The notes below the pieces were generated by a model that saw nothing but the letters and a program-made list of their open reading frames with translations, was not told where the DNA came from and did not search any database. This document shows, piece by piece, positions 9,725 to 19,455 of a stretch of DNA of 64,000 nucleotides (position 1 is its first letter; each line of letters starts with the position of its first letter). The position numbers were made by a program, and so were the translations under genes. The stretch lies in NCBI GenBank assembly GCA_963845535.1, contig CAWJSK010000014.1, positions 117,834 through 181,833 of the forward strand, written 5' to 3'. The DNA is from an uncultured Spirochaetota bacterium. GTDB taxonomy: Bacteria > Spirochaetota > Spirochaetia > SZUA-6 > Fen-1364.

Positions 9725-11689
9725 TTACCCTCCTCTGAGGCGGAATCCTATCACGGTTATATCATCGCGTTGGGGGCGTTGTCCGCGCCATTGGGCCAGG
9801 GCGGAGTCGATGCGCGCAAGCTGCTCAGGCGGCGCAAGGGTCGCACAGGAGGAGACAAGCTGGGCGAAGCGGTTGCTTCCGAATCCGAACCCCCGGGGGC
9901 CCCCGGCAAGGTCGAGGAGCCCGTCCGTTGTCAGGGAGAAGGTTGTGCCGGCCAGGGGTACTTCGGTCCCGGCCAGTCGCCCTCGCGATCTCCCGCGCCG
10001 TGATCCGATTGCCCCGCGGCCCGAGCGGATGCGCAGGGCTCCCCGCGCGCCGTGGCCGAACAAATCGATCCCCGCTCCCGCGTACCGCAGCCTGCCCGCC
10101 TTCGGCTCGATGCGGCACAGCGCGATGTCCAGCCCGCGCTCGTCTCCCAGCCCTCCCGCGTCCTCCCCGAGTCCGCTTCGTATGCCCGCGTCCAGCTCCT
10201 CGATGAGGGCGGCCGGCTCCGCCCCGGCCCGGCCCGCGGCAATTGCCTCCAGCGCGGATTGCGTATACATGCTCATGAGCGCACCGGAGACGCCGTGTCC
10301 CGTGCAGTCGGCAATCCCCAGCAGGAACGAGTCCCCGTCATCACGAAAGAAGTAGAAGTCTCCCCCCACACGGTCCCGCGGGCGAAAGAGGATGAAGCGT
10401 TCCGGGAGGCGCCGGTCCAGGGCGCGTTCACCGGGGAGGATGGAGCGCTGGATGAGGTCCGCATATTCCAGGTCCTTCACCATGCGCGCGTTCGCTTCGG
10501 CGAGCTGCTGCGTGCGCTCCCTCACCTGCCGCTCGAGGTTTTCGGTGGCCGCGCGCACCTCGCCCGCCATGGTGGAAAACGATGAGGCGAGCGCGCCGAT
10601 CTCCCCCGTCCCCGTCCGGGGAAGATCCACGTCGTAACGGCCGCGGGCCACTTCCCCGGCCGCGCCGGTGAGCGCGCCGAGGGGCATGAGGATCAGGCGG
10701 TCCACGGACACGGCGAGCACGGCCATGAGAAGCGCAAGGGCCGCCAGGAACACCACGAGGATGAGCGCGAAGCTGCCGACGGTGATGAACCTGTCCCGTT
10801 CAACGGACGCGATGATGGTCCAGCCGAGACCCTCGAGTGTCGCGGCAGCCACGAGGCTTCGCGCGCCGTCAAAGGAAAGGCTGGCGGTGTGCATCGCGCC
10901 CGGATCCTCGCGGGCGGAGGCGAGGAGAGACTGCAGGGCATTACGGTCCGCGGCGGAGCCGGCGAGGTTGACGGCTTTCAACTTGGCCCCCGCGGTCAAG
11001 GTCCGCGCGTTTTGTTCGAGGTATCCGAGGTTCCTGTGCGCAGTGATGTTGCCATCCGCGTCCACGAGCGTCACCGAGACCCCTTCTCTGGCTTCCGCCG
11101 TCAGGTCCGCGACAAAGCTGGTAAGGTCGATGCCGCTCCCTGCCAGGCCGATGGGCCTGTCCCCGTCCCTCACAATGCAGTTGATCCAGACTTTCGTCAC
11201 GTGAATATGGGTGTCGTAATCCAGGTTGAGAGCCCAGTCCTTGACCGTCTGCATTGTCTGGTAGAACCATTGGTCAACTGGCCGTTCGGGGCTGAGCTGG
11301 ACCGCCGCGAGCTCTCCCGTTGAGGGCTGGTTGTAATACATGTTGCTGGAGAGGATGGCCACGAAATAGCTGTGGTCCGCGAAAGCCCGGCGAAAGCTTT
11401 CCAGCTCCGCGCGCGCGGCCGCTTGTTTTGCCGGGTTCCGCTCATCCAGCATCCATGCCTTGAGGACCGGCGAATCCGCGAGCTCCCGGGCCAGGGCCAC
11501 CTGGGGCTGGATCAAGCCGCGGATCCTCTCCTCCGCAAGGCGCGTGTTCGTGACGGCAAACCGCGTTCCCAGCGCCTCCACGATCCCGCGCGCGGTGGCA
11601 AGAAATAGGAGGAAGCAGACCAGTCCTGCCGCGAGGAACAGGGCAAACACGAAAAAGAGGAACCGGGGCTTGAGCCCCCACCTGCGCAT
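9725..11689 (-). CDS. siaA: SiaA-like membrane PP2C/SpoIIE phosphatase (Cache + HAMP)
   Basis: 2 TMs, periplasmic domain, HAMP, GGDFY, IADCTGHGVSGA, TDG, RDDIT. Confidence 0.85.
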   Translation of the reverse strand: MRRWGLKPRFLFFVFALFLAAGLVCFLLFLATARGIVEALGTRFAVTNTRLAEERIRGLIQPQVALARELADSPVLKAWMLDERNPAKQAAARAELESFRRAFADHSYFVAILSSNMYYNQPSTGELAAVQLSPERPVDQWFYQTMQTVKDWALNLDYDTHIHVTKVWINCIVRDGDRPIGLAGSGIDLTSFVADLTAEAREGVSVTLVDADGNITAHRNLGYLEQNARTLTAGAKLKAVNLAGSAADRNALQSLLASAREDPGAMHTASLSFDGARSLVAAATLEGLGWTIIASVERDRFITVGSFALILVVFLAALALLMAVLAVSVDRLILMPLGALTGAAGEVARGRYDVDLPRTGTGEIGALASSFSTMAGEVRAATENLERQVRERTQQLAEANARMVKDLEYADLIQRSILPGERALDRRLPERFILFRPRDRVGGDFYFFRDDGDSFLLGIADCTGHGVSGALMSMYTQSALEAIAAGRAGAEPAALIEELDAGIRSGLGEDAGGLGDERGLDIALCRIEPKAGRLRYAGAGIDLFGHGARGALRIRSGRGAIGSRRGRSRGRLAGTEVPLAGTTFSLTTDGLLDLAGGPRGFGFGSNRFAQLVSSCATLAPPEQLARIDSALAQWRGQRPQRDDITVIGFRLRGG

Positions 11690-11691
11690 GA

Positions 11692-12441
11692 CTACCCGCG
11701 GCCCATGAGGGGCAGGCGCACGCCGTTGATTGTCGCCGCTTCCTCAGAGCAGAGGAAAAGCATGGCCGCGGCGATTTCCCGGGCGGGCGTGGATTTGCCG
11801 TACGGCTTTTTTGCCGCGCCGCCGCCCGCCGCCCCCGCCCCAACGCCGGCACCCGCGCCGCGCCCGTCGGCTTCCGTCTCAATGCTATCCACCATCACGA
11901 GGTTGGCCGTTGAGCCGGAGCCGGCAAGCTCGCTGGCAAGAGCAAGCACAAGAGCGTCAGAGGCCGACTTGGCCGCGGCATAGAGGGCGTTCTTCCCGGT
12001 GGGGGCCTGCGCGCGCGGTGAAGTCACCGCAAGGAAGCGTCCCCAGCCGCCCGCGGCGAGCGGTTTGGCAAATGCGCGCACTACGTTCAGCGTGGTCTTT
12101 ACCAGCATGGCGTGCAGGAAATCCCAGTCTGCGGTGGCAATCTCGCTGATTCCCGTCCCTCCTTTGTAACCGCCGACGAGGTGTACGACGACGTCCACCC
12201 GGCCGAAGGTCGTGATGACGGCGTCAGCCCATGCCTGAGCGGCTCTTTCCTCCGTGAGGTCTACCGGGGTCGCCATTCGTCTTTCGGGCGGCGCACCCAG
12301 GGAGTCGAGCAGTCCTATGAGCTTCCGGTCCTCACGCCCGGCAAGCGCGAGCTTCGCTCCTGCCTCGCAAAAGGCGCGCACAACGGTGGGACCCAGTCCC
12401 CCGGCTGCGCCGGAGATTGCCGCCACTTTGTCCTTCAGCAC
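11692..12441 (-). CDS. SDR family oxidoreductase
   Basis: SGAAGGLG, YAAAK; GTG start with GGAGG RBS. Confidence 0.85.
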   Translation of the reverse strand: MLKDKVAAISGAAGGLGPTVVRAFCEAGAKLALAGREDRKLIGLLDSLGAPPERRMATPVDLTEERAAQAWADAVITTFGRVDVVVHLVGGYKGGTGISEIATADWDFLHAMLVKTTLNVVRAFAKPLAAGGWGRFLAVTSPRAQAPTGKNALYAAAKSASDALVLALASELAGSGSTANLVMVDSIETEADGRGAGAGVGAGAAGGGAAKKPYGKSTPAREIAAAMLFLCSEEAATINGVRLPLMGRG

Positions 12442-12524
12442 TCTTGGGGCCTCCCGTGTTTGATAAGGTACGGGCTTGCCGCGTCCCGTGTCAAACGCTA
12501 CGCTACGCACCCAAAGGAAAAGGC

Positions 12525-13217
12525 ATGGAAACGGCTTTGCGACGGAAAGAGTTCCTTGGGGGAGTGCGGGACGAATCCCCCATCCTGCTCGGCGTGGTCC
12601 CATTCGGATTGATTTTCGGCGCGCTGGCAGTGACCTCGGGGATGTCCACCGCGGCCGCGCAGGCAATGTCCTCCCTCGTTTTCGCGGGTTCAGCGCAGTT
12701 CATTGCGGCGCAGCTGCTCGGCGCGGACGCCTCTGGCATCGTCATCCTCATGGTCGTGCTTGTTGTGAACCTTCGCCATGCGTTGTACAGCGCCTCGATT
12801 GCCCCTCACGTGGGGGGCCTCCGGCCGGGCTGGAAGCTGATGCTCGCCTACCTCCTCACGGATGAGGCGTACGCGGTAACCATCACCCACTACAAGAGCC
12901 GGGGAGACGCGCGGCGGCGGCATTGGTATTTTCTCGGAGCCGGGCTGACCCTCTGGACTTCCTGGCAGCTCAGCACCGCGGTTGGCATCTTCATTGGCGC
13001 GCAGATACCGCGCACCTGGCCGCTGGGCTTCGTGCTTCCCCTCACCTTCATTGCCCTGGTGGTGCCGGCTCTGAAGGACGGGGCGAGCGTAGCGGCGGCC
13101 GTGATAGCCGGAGCGCTTGGACTTTTGGTCGCTGGCCTCCCTTACAAAACAGGTATCATTGTTGCAGCCCTCGTGGGCATCACGGTGGGCATGCTTGTGG
13201 AGGCGCGCAAGGGATGA
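12525..13217 (+). CDS. azlC: AzlC family branched-chain amino acid exporter subunit
   Basis: FAGSAQF, VNLRHALYS, LTDEAYA. Confidence 0.9.
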   Translation: METALRRKEFLGGVRDESPILLGVVPFGLIFGALAVTSGMSTAAAQAMSSLVFAGSAQFIAAQLLGADASGIVILMVVLVVNLRHALYSASIAPHVGGLRPGWKLMLAYLLTDEAYAVTITHYKSRGDARRRHWYFLGAGLTLWTSWQLSTAVGIFIGAQIPRTWPLGFVLPLTFIALVVPALKDGASVAAAVIAGALGLLVAGLPYKTGIIVAALVGITVGMLVEARKG

Positions 13218-13531
13218 ACCCCTGGATTACGATGGTTGCCGCCGGCCTCCTGACCTACGGCATACGGCTTTCTTTCATTGCGCTGACGGGCCGTATCACG
13301 GTGCCGGACTGGTTCCAGCGCGCCTTGCGTTTTGTTCCTGCCGCCGTGCTCTCCGCGATCATTGTCCCGGGACTCTTTGACAGGGGGGGGACGCTGGACT
13401 TCTCCGTGAGAAATCCGCAGATTTGGGCTGGCATTCTTGCAATCGCCGTGGCCTGGCGGACGAAAAGCGTCCTGCTGACGATTGTCGTAGGGATGGCGGC
13501 GTTGCTCGCCTTGCAACTCATCCTGGGGTGA
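13214..13531 (+). CDS. azlD: AzlD domain protein
   Basis: TYGIRLSF, LRFVPAAVLSAII; overlaps azlC stop. Confidence 0.88.
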   Translation: MNPWITMVAAGLLTYGIRLSFIALTGRITVPDWFQRALRFVPAAVLSAIIVPGLFDRGGTLDFSVRNPQIWAGILAIAVAWRTKSVLLTIVVGMAALLALQLILG

Positions 13532-13549
13532 GCCCTTCGAGGAGGCATC

Positions 13550-14374
13550 ATGGACCAGTCATCCGCGGTCACCTTGAACAACGGAGTCGCCATGCCGTGG
13601 CTGGGACTCGGCGTCTGGAAATCAGCGCCCGGCACTGAGACGGAACAAGCCGTCCGTTGGGCCCTGGAGACTGGCTACCGACACATCGACACTGCGGCGC
13701 TGTACGAGAATGAGTCTGATGTCGGCAAGGCTTTGCGCGGCAGCGGCGTTCCCCGCGAGTCTGTGTTCATCACCACCAAGGTCTGGAACTCTGACCAGGG
13801 GTACGCCAACACGATGAAGGCTTTCGATGAAAGCAGGCGGAAGCTCGGCCTCGACGTGGTCGATCTTTACCTGGTTCACTGGCCGATCAAGGGGAAGTTT
13901 CCCGAAACGTGGAAGGCGCTGGAGAAGCTGTATGCGGACGGAAAAGTCCGCGCCATCGGAGTCAGCAACTTCCTGATCCATCACCTTGAAGAGCTGCTGG
14001 CAGCGAGCAGCGTGACCCCCGCGGTCAACCAGGTGGAGTTTCATCCATTACTCGTGCAAAAAGAGCTTCTTGACTTTGACGCAGCCAGGGGCATCCGTCA
14101 CGAGGCATGGGCGCCGCTGACTCGTGGAAGGATTTTTGTGAACCCCGTGCTGCTCTCTCTCGCGGAAAAATACGGCAAGACGCCTGCCCAGATCGTGCTG
14201 CGGTGCGACATCCAGCTCGGGGTGGTCACCATCCCGAAGTCGGTGCGCCGTGAACGCATTGTGGAGAACAGCCGCATCTTCGATTTCGAGCTTTCCCGTG
14301 GTGACCTGGAAACGCTGTCCTCCCTCGATTCCGGGGAGAGGATCGGCTGGCATCCGGACAAAGTCACCGGATAG
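13550..14374 (+). CDS. Aldo/keto reductase
   Basis: GYRHIDTAALYENE, DLYLVHWP, AIGVSNF, IPKS. Confidence 0.95.
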   Translation: MDQSSAVTLNNGVAMPWLGLGVWKSAPGTETEQAVRWALETGYRHIDTAALYENESDVGKALRGSGVPRESVFITTKVWNSDQGYANTMKAFDESRRKLGLDVVDLYLVHWPIKGKFPETWKALEKLYADGKVRAIGVSNFLIHHLEELLAASSVTPAVNQVEFHPLLVQKELLDFDAARGIRHEAWAPLTRGRIFVNPVLLSLAEKYGKTPAQIVLRCDIQLGVVTIPKSVRRERIVENSRIFDFELSRGDLETLSSLDSGERIGWHPDKVTG

Positions 14375-14612
14375 AAATTCAGTTCCGTCACGCAATAATC
14401 CCGCTTCTGGAACGTCAATCTGGAGAGAAGGGTGCAAAAAAAGCGCCCTCAGGTGTTACACTGTGGTTGACAGGAGACCGGCGTCCGTGGTATTTGGCGG
14501 CGTTCCCGATTGATAAACCGCAAACCGCTGGTGGTCGGGTGTGCGTACGTACCCTTGTTAACACTTCATTGACACAAAGGACTTACAATTGGCAAGGCAA
14601 GGAGAGCTTACC

Positions 14613-15344
14613 ATGAACGTGATCGAGCTTCGAGGCGTGAAGAAGAATTACCCGCTGGGCGCCACGACGGTGCACGCGCTGCGCGGAGTGGACCTGGCCA
14701 TCAGGGAAGGGGACTTCATCTCCATCGTGGGTCCCTCGGGAAGCGGCAAGACGACGCTGTTGAACATCATCGGGTGCATCGACCATGCCTCCGAGGGGTT
14801 GGTGAAGATCCATGAGGAGGACGTGACGACCTACACGGACCGAAGGCTCACGGACCTGAGGCTTCACACCATCGGGTTCATATTCCAGACCTTCAACCTG
14901 ATCCCGGTGCTGACCACGCGGGAGAACGTGGAGTTTCCGCTTCTTTTGATGAAGGAAGGTTTGTCCCGGAAGGAGATCCGCGAACGCGCGGAGAAGCTCA
15001 TCGAGGAGGTGGGACTGACGGAGCAGATCAGCCACAAGCCTTACGAGCTGTCGGGGGGGCAGCGGCAGCGGGTGGCAATAGCGCGCGCTCTGGTGACCCG
15101 GCCCACCATCGTGCTTGCGGATGAGCCCACGGCGAACCTGGACTCAGAGACAGGAGAGATGATCCTGAAGCTGATGAAGGAGCTGAACAGGATCGAAAAG
15201 ACCACCTTCATCTTCTCCACGCATGACGCGGATATCCTGAAATACGCCAACGGGGTGGTGAAGATCAAAGACGGGCTGATGGTCGACGGCTCACACGGTG
15301 AAGACGCCATGGCCGGCCCGCACGGCGCGCCCGCGCAGAACTGA
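14613..15344 (+). CDS. ABC transporter ATP-binding protein (LolD/MacB-like)
   Basis: GPSGSGKT, LSGGQRQRVAIARAL, ADEPTANLD. Confidence 0.95.
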   Translation: MNVIELRGVKKNYPLGATTVHALRGVDLAIREGDFISIVGPSGSGKTTLLNIIGCIDHASEGLVKIHEEDVTTYTDRRLTDLRLHTIGFIFQTFNLIPVLTTRENVEFPLLLMKEGLSRKEIRERAEKLIEEVGLTEQISHKPYELSGGQRQRVAIARALVTRPTIVLADEPTANLDSETGEMILKLMKELNRIEKTTFIFSTHDADILKYANGVVKIKDGLMVDGSHGEDAMAGPHGAPAQN

Positions 15345-15354
15345 GGGCTGAGTC

Positions 15355-16866
15355 ATGCTGACACTGAAGATAGCGTGGAGGAGCCTGCTCCGGCACAAGG
15401 CCAAGAGCCTTGTGATCGGGGTGATCCTGTTCCTGGGGGCCTTCATCATGACGCTGGGGGATGCCACGGCAATCGGGATGAGGCGGGGGATCGAAGAGAA
15501 CGTCGTGAAAAGCTTCACGGGCAACGTGGTGCTGGTGAGTAGCGATGAGACAAAGGACAACGTGCTTTTCACCCCGATGATGAAGCCTTTGAAGATCCTG
15601 AAAGACTATGACCAGGTGCGTTCCTTGCTCCAGCAGCAAAGCTACGTGAAGGACTTCATCCCCATGACCCGCGGCGGGCTTTCCATCCTCGGCGGGCAGG
15701 AGATGAGCTTCATGGGGACATTCGGGTGCAACTTCGACGACTTCCAGCGGGTGTTCGGCAACCCCATCACGCCCGTGGAAGGGCACCTCCTGCACAACGG
15801 GGAGCACGGGATCATGCTGAACGTGCAGGGCAGGAAGAACCAGTACAAGTCGCAGGGTTACTGGCTGGTGCCGGAAGGCACGCAACTGGACAAAGCCAAC
15901 CTGAGTGATGAAGCAAAGAAGGAAACCGACCTGGAGGTGAAAAGCTCCCTCGCCCTGGAAGGCTTCGGGGAAGTGAACTCCACGAACGCCGACGTGCCGG
16001 TGGTGGGAATCGTGCGCTTCCGGAGCCTGAACACGCTGATGCAGGAAATCACGATCATGGACATCGAGACGTATCGGCAGCTCTTCGGCTACTACACGGC
16101 GGAAGACGTCGTGGCAAAGCTTCCTCCGCGGGAGAGCGCGCTTCTGTCCGCGGGAGAGGACTCGTTGTTCGAGGGCGGAGACATCTACGCCACGGGAAAG
16201 ACCGCCGCCAACGTGACGCAGCTGGAGAAGGAGATCCGGGCGCCCGTGACTGTGACGCACAAGATCAACTTCGACGAGGCGGCGTATAACTACGTCTCCG
16301 TGCTGCTCAAGCCGGGGATGAGCACGGACACCGCGGTGACGAAGCTCAAGACGCTGATGAAAGACAACAACCTGCCGGTGAAAGTGCTGAGCTGGAAGAA
16401 GGCATCAGGACAGGTGGCCTCCACGGCGGACGTGCTGCAGATCATCATTTACGTTTTCGTGATCCTCCTGTTCTTTGTGGCCATCATCATCATCATGAAC
16501 ACCTTGAGCATGAACGCGCTGGAGCGCACGGAGGAGTTCGGGATGATGAGGGCGGTGGGGGCGCAGAAAAACTTCGTCACGAAAATGTTCCTGGCGGAGA
16601 CATTCTCCCTGTCATTCGTGTTCGGGGGGGCGGGAATCCTGGTGGGAGTGATCGGGACGTGGATCGTCCGAGCGGTGCACATCGGTTCCGCGGGGAACGA
16701 GATATTCGAGCTTCTCTTCGGCGGGGAGATCTTCCGTCCGACGTTGGGGTTCATAGGCCTGGTGGTGGGGATCATCGGGCTTGCGGCGGTGACGGTGCTT
16801 GCGGTGCTGTACCCGGTGCGCGTGGCGCGCAAGATCACGCCCCTGGATGCCATCAACAGGCATTAA
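15355..16866 (+). CDS. FtsX/MacB-like ABC permease
   Basis: N-terminal TM, large periplasmic domain, ERTEEFGMMRAVG, C-terminal PLDAI. Confidence 0.9.
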   Translation: MLTLKIAWRSLLRHKAKSLVIGVILFLGAFIMTLGDATAIGMRRGIEENVVKSFTGNVVLVSSDETKDNVLFTPMMKPLKILKDYDQVRSLLQQQSYVKDFIPMTRGGLSILGGQEMSFMGTFGCNFDDFQRVFGNPITPVEGHLLHNGEHGIMLNVQGRKNQYKSQGYWLVPEGTQLDKANLSDEAKKETDLEVKSSLALEGFGEVNSTNADVPVVGIVRFRSLNTLMQEITIMDIETYRQLFGYYTAEDVVAKLPPRESALLSAGEDSLFEGGDIYATGKTAANVTQLEKEIRAPVTVTHKINFDEAAYNYVSVLLKPGMSTDTAVTKLKTLMKDNNLPVKVLSWKKASGQVASTADVLQIIIYVFVILLFFVAIIIIMNTLSMNALERTEEFGMMRAVGAQKNFVTKMFLAETFSLSFVFGGAGILVGVIGTWIVRAVHIGSAGNEIFELLFGGEIFRPTLGFIGLVVGIIGLAAVTVLAVLYPVRVARKITPLDAINRH

Positions 16867-16877
16867 GGAAGAACGAC

Positions 16878-18656
16878 ATGAAACGCTTTTTCAACTTCAT
16901 CGTTTCGAAGGCGCGCAGTGTGCGCGTGGTCTCCAAGATCGCCTTCCGAAACCTCGTGCGGCAGTTCCGCCGCAACATGCTCCTGGGGATCGGGATCGCC
17001 ATCAGCATGTGCATCCTCGTGATGACCACGTCGTTCACCAACGGCCTGACGGACATCCTGTTCAACAAGGTGATGGTCTACATGACCGGCCACATCAGGG
17101 TGGTCCAGGACTCCTACGTCACCCGGCGCAGTGACGTGATCAGGGACATGCCGCGGTTCATCCAGACCATCAAGGCGAACGTGCCGGGGATCAAACGGAT
17201 CGACGTGGACATCGGCGCTTTCGGCCGCAGCGTCGGCAACGGAAAGACGGGCATGATGTACCTCGTCGGCGTTGCAAAGGACGCGGACTTCTACAAGGAC
17301 ACGAACCTGGAAGCCGGCCACGTTGCGGACATCTTCAAGCCGGATGTGTTCCCCGGGATCATCATGTACAAGAACGCGGCAAAAGACATCAACGTTGGGT
17401 TGAACGATATCGTGACCGTGCGCTTCGACACGGTGTACGGTCAGTCCCAGGCGCCGAAGTTCAAGGTGGTGGGGCTCATCCCGTCTGAAAACTTGTTCAT
17501 GGACGTCGCTGCCTTCGTTGACCAGGACACGCTGCGCACCATGCTGAACCTCAAGCCGGACGAGGCGCTTGGGCTCAACATCGTCGTGGATTACCCAGAG
17601 AACCAGCAGAAGGTCATCCAGGAAGCCAACAAGCTGCACGCCGCCCTGGAGCCGGAAGCGGCGGGGGTGAACGCGCTTTTCCTGGCCGGGGACATGCGGG
17701 CAGTCGGGAACGCATTCGGGCTGAAGCTGGATGATGCCAAGGCCTATCAGGTTGCCGCGGACAACCTGCAATTCGTGAAGGGAGACATCCGCGCGCTTGC
17801 CTCAGACAAGGCCGGCATCGCCCTGACGGAAACCCTGGCGGAGCGGCTTGGAGTCGGGATCGGATCCCACGTAACCTACAGCTACGCTCCCAAGAGCAGC
17901 ACGGACACCGTCGAAAAGGACGTGGTGGTGCGGGGGATCGTGAAGACGCCCTCTCCCTTTGCGGACGCCACGGCTTTTGCCAACCCGGACGTCTTCTACC
18001 AGACCTTCTACTGGAACATTCCGCGCCAGCCCGCAACGGTGGCGCATGACGCCGCGCTGTTCAAGGCGCTCCTGCCCGAATGGGACCTCATGGCGCGAAG
18101 CCCGAACACGGACGCAGCCGTGAAAAAGCGCCAGCTCCTCGGCAGGGAAAACTGGAAGGGCTCCAAGGTGGACGTCCAGACAATGTTCGAAAATGCCAGT
18201 GCGATTGTCGACTTCCAGAAGGGCCTGAACACCGTGTCCATCGTGGCGGTGCTGGTGCTGTTCTTCGTGATCCTCATCGGCGTGGTGAATACCATGAGGA
18301 TGAGCATCCGGGAACGCACGCGGGAAATCGGCACCAACCGGGCCATCGGGATGCAGCGCGGGGACGTGCGGAGCGTGTTCGTGCTGGAGATCGTGTTCCT
18401 GGCCATCCTGTCCTGCGTGATCGGGATCCTCCTGGCGTGGGGGCTCGTATCCCTTCTGGGGCTCATGACCTTCGACCTGAAGGACAACCCGTTCAGCATG
18501 TTCTTCGTGCAGAAACACCTGTATTTCGTTCCCAAGGCATCCACGATCATCGCGAACTTCATCACGATCGTGCTGGTGGCCTTCCTGATAGCATTCTTCA
18601 CGGCCCGGCGCGCGGCAAAGATGAGAGTGGCTGATGCGCTTCGCCACTACGAATAG
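16878..18656 (+). CDS. FtsX/MacB-like ABC permease (second subunit)
   Basis: IAFRNLVRQFRR, ERTREIGTNRAIG, VADALRH. Confidence 0.9.
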   Translation: MKRFFNFIVSKARSVRVVSKIAFRNLVRQFRRNMLLGIGIAISMCILVMTTSFTNGLTDILFNKVMVYMTGHIRVVQDSYVTRRSDVIRDMPRFIQTIKANVPGIKRIDVDIGAFGRSVGNGKTGMMYLVGVAKDADFYKDTNLEAGHVADIFKPDVFPGIIMYKNAAKDINVGLNDIVTVRFDTVYGQSQAPKFKVVGLIPSENLFMDVAAFVDQDTLRTMLNLKPDEALGLNIVVDYPENQQKVIQEANKLHAALEPEAAGVNALFLAGDMRAVGNAFGLKLDDAKAYQVAADNLQFVKGDIRALASDKAGIALTETLAERLGVGIGSHVTYSYAPKSSTDTVEKDVVVRGIVKTPSPFADATAFANPDVFYQTFYWNIPRQPATVAHDAALFKALLPEWDLMARSPNTDAAVKKRQLLGRENWKGSKVDVQTMFENASAIVDFQKGLNTVSIVAVLVLFFVILIGVVNTMRMSIRERTREIGTNRAIGMQRGDVRSVFVLEIVFLAILSCVIGILLAWGLVSLLGLMTFDLKDNPFSMFFVQKHLYFVPKASTIIANFITIVLVAFLIAFFTARRAAKMRVADALRHYE

Positions 18657-18665
18657 GAGAGATCG

Positions 18666-19440
18666 ATGAAGGGAATCACAGTTACACTTGCGCTCGCCGT
18701 CACGCTCGCAGCGGCCCCCGCCCTCTGGGCCAACCCCTCGGTGGGCAGAGATCATCGACGAGGTGGACACCCACTTGCAGCTCAAAAGCGACATGACCGC
18801 GCAGGCGCGCATCACAACGCGGGACCCCGAGCAGGGCACGAAGGTCATCGACAGCGTGTACTACAGGCGCGACAGTGACGACGCGTTCCTCATCGTCATC
18901 GCCTCTCCCGAGAGCGACCGAGGCAACGGGTACATGAGGGTTGGGGACAACCTGTGGATGTACAAGCGGGCCACAAGGACCTTCACGCACATCGGCCGTG
19001 ATGAGAAGATCGGCGGGTCCAACGCGAGCGCCGGGGACATGGAGACGCGCAAGTTCAAGGATCTGTACAAGCCGTCGCTTGACGCCTCCGGCAAGGAGAT
19101 CATTTCCGAGGAGATGCTGGCGGGCAAGATCCCCGTCTACCGTGTGGAGGTGGTGGCGAAGGTCAACGACGTGAAGTACCCGAAGCTGGTGATGTGGGTG
19201 ACTCGGGACAAGTACCTGGAGCTGAAGCGGGAATGCTACAGCCTGTCGGGGACGCTGATGGAGACAGACCTGTACACCAACTACAAGGACGTGGACGGGC
19301 GCTACGTGCCGCTTCTGATGAAGTTCACTGATGAGGTGGAGAAGGGGAACATGTCGGTGCTGGAGATCACGGGGATCAACTTCTCCAAGGTGGATGACTA
19401 CAAGTTCGACAAGTCGTACCTGGAAAGCCTGAGCAAGTAG
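18666..19440 (+). CDS. Outer-membrane lipoprotein-sorting (LolA-like) protein; one frameshift near 18740
   Basis: Signal peptide in ORF 18666, mature domain (PESDRGNGYM, NLWMY, YSLSGTLME) in ORF 18688; the two join across one extra base. Confidence 0.75.
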
Positions 19441-19455
19441 AACGGGAGCCAGACA

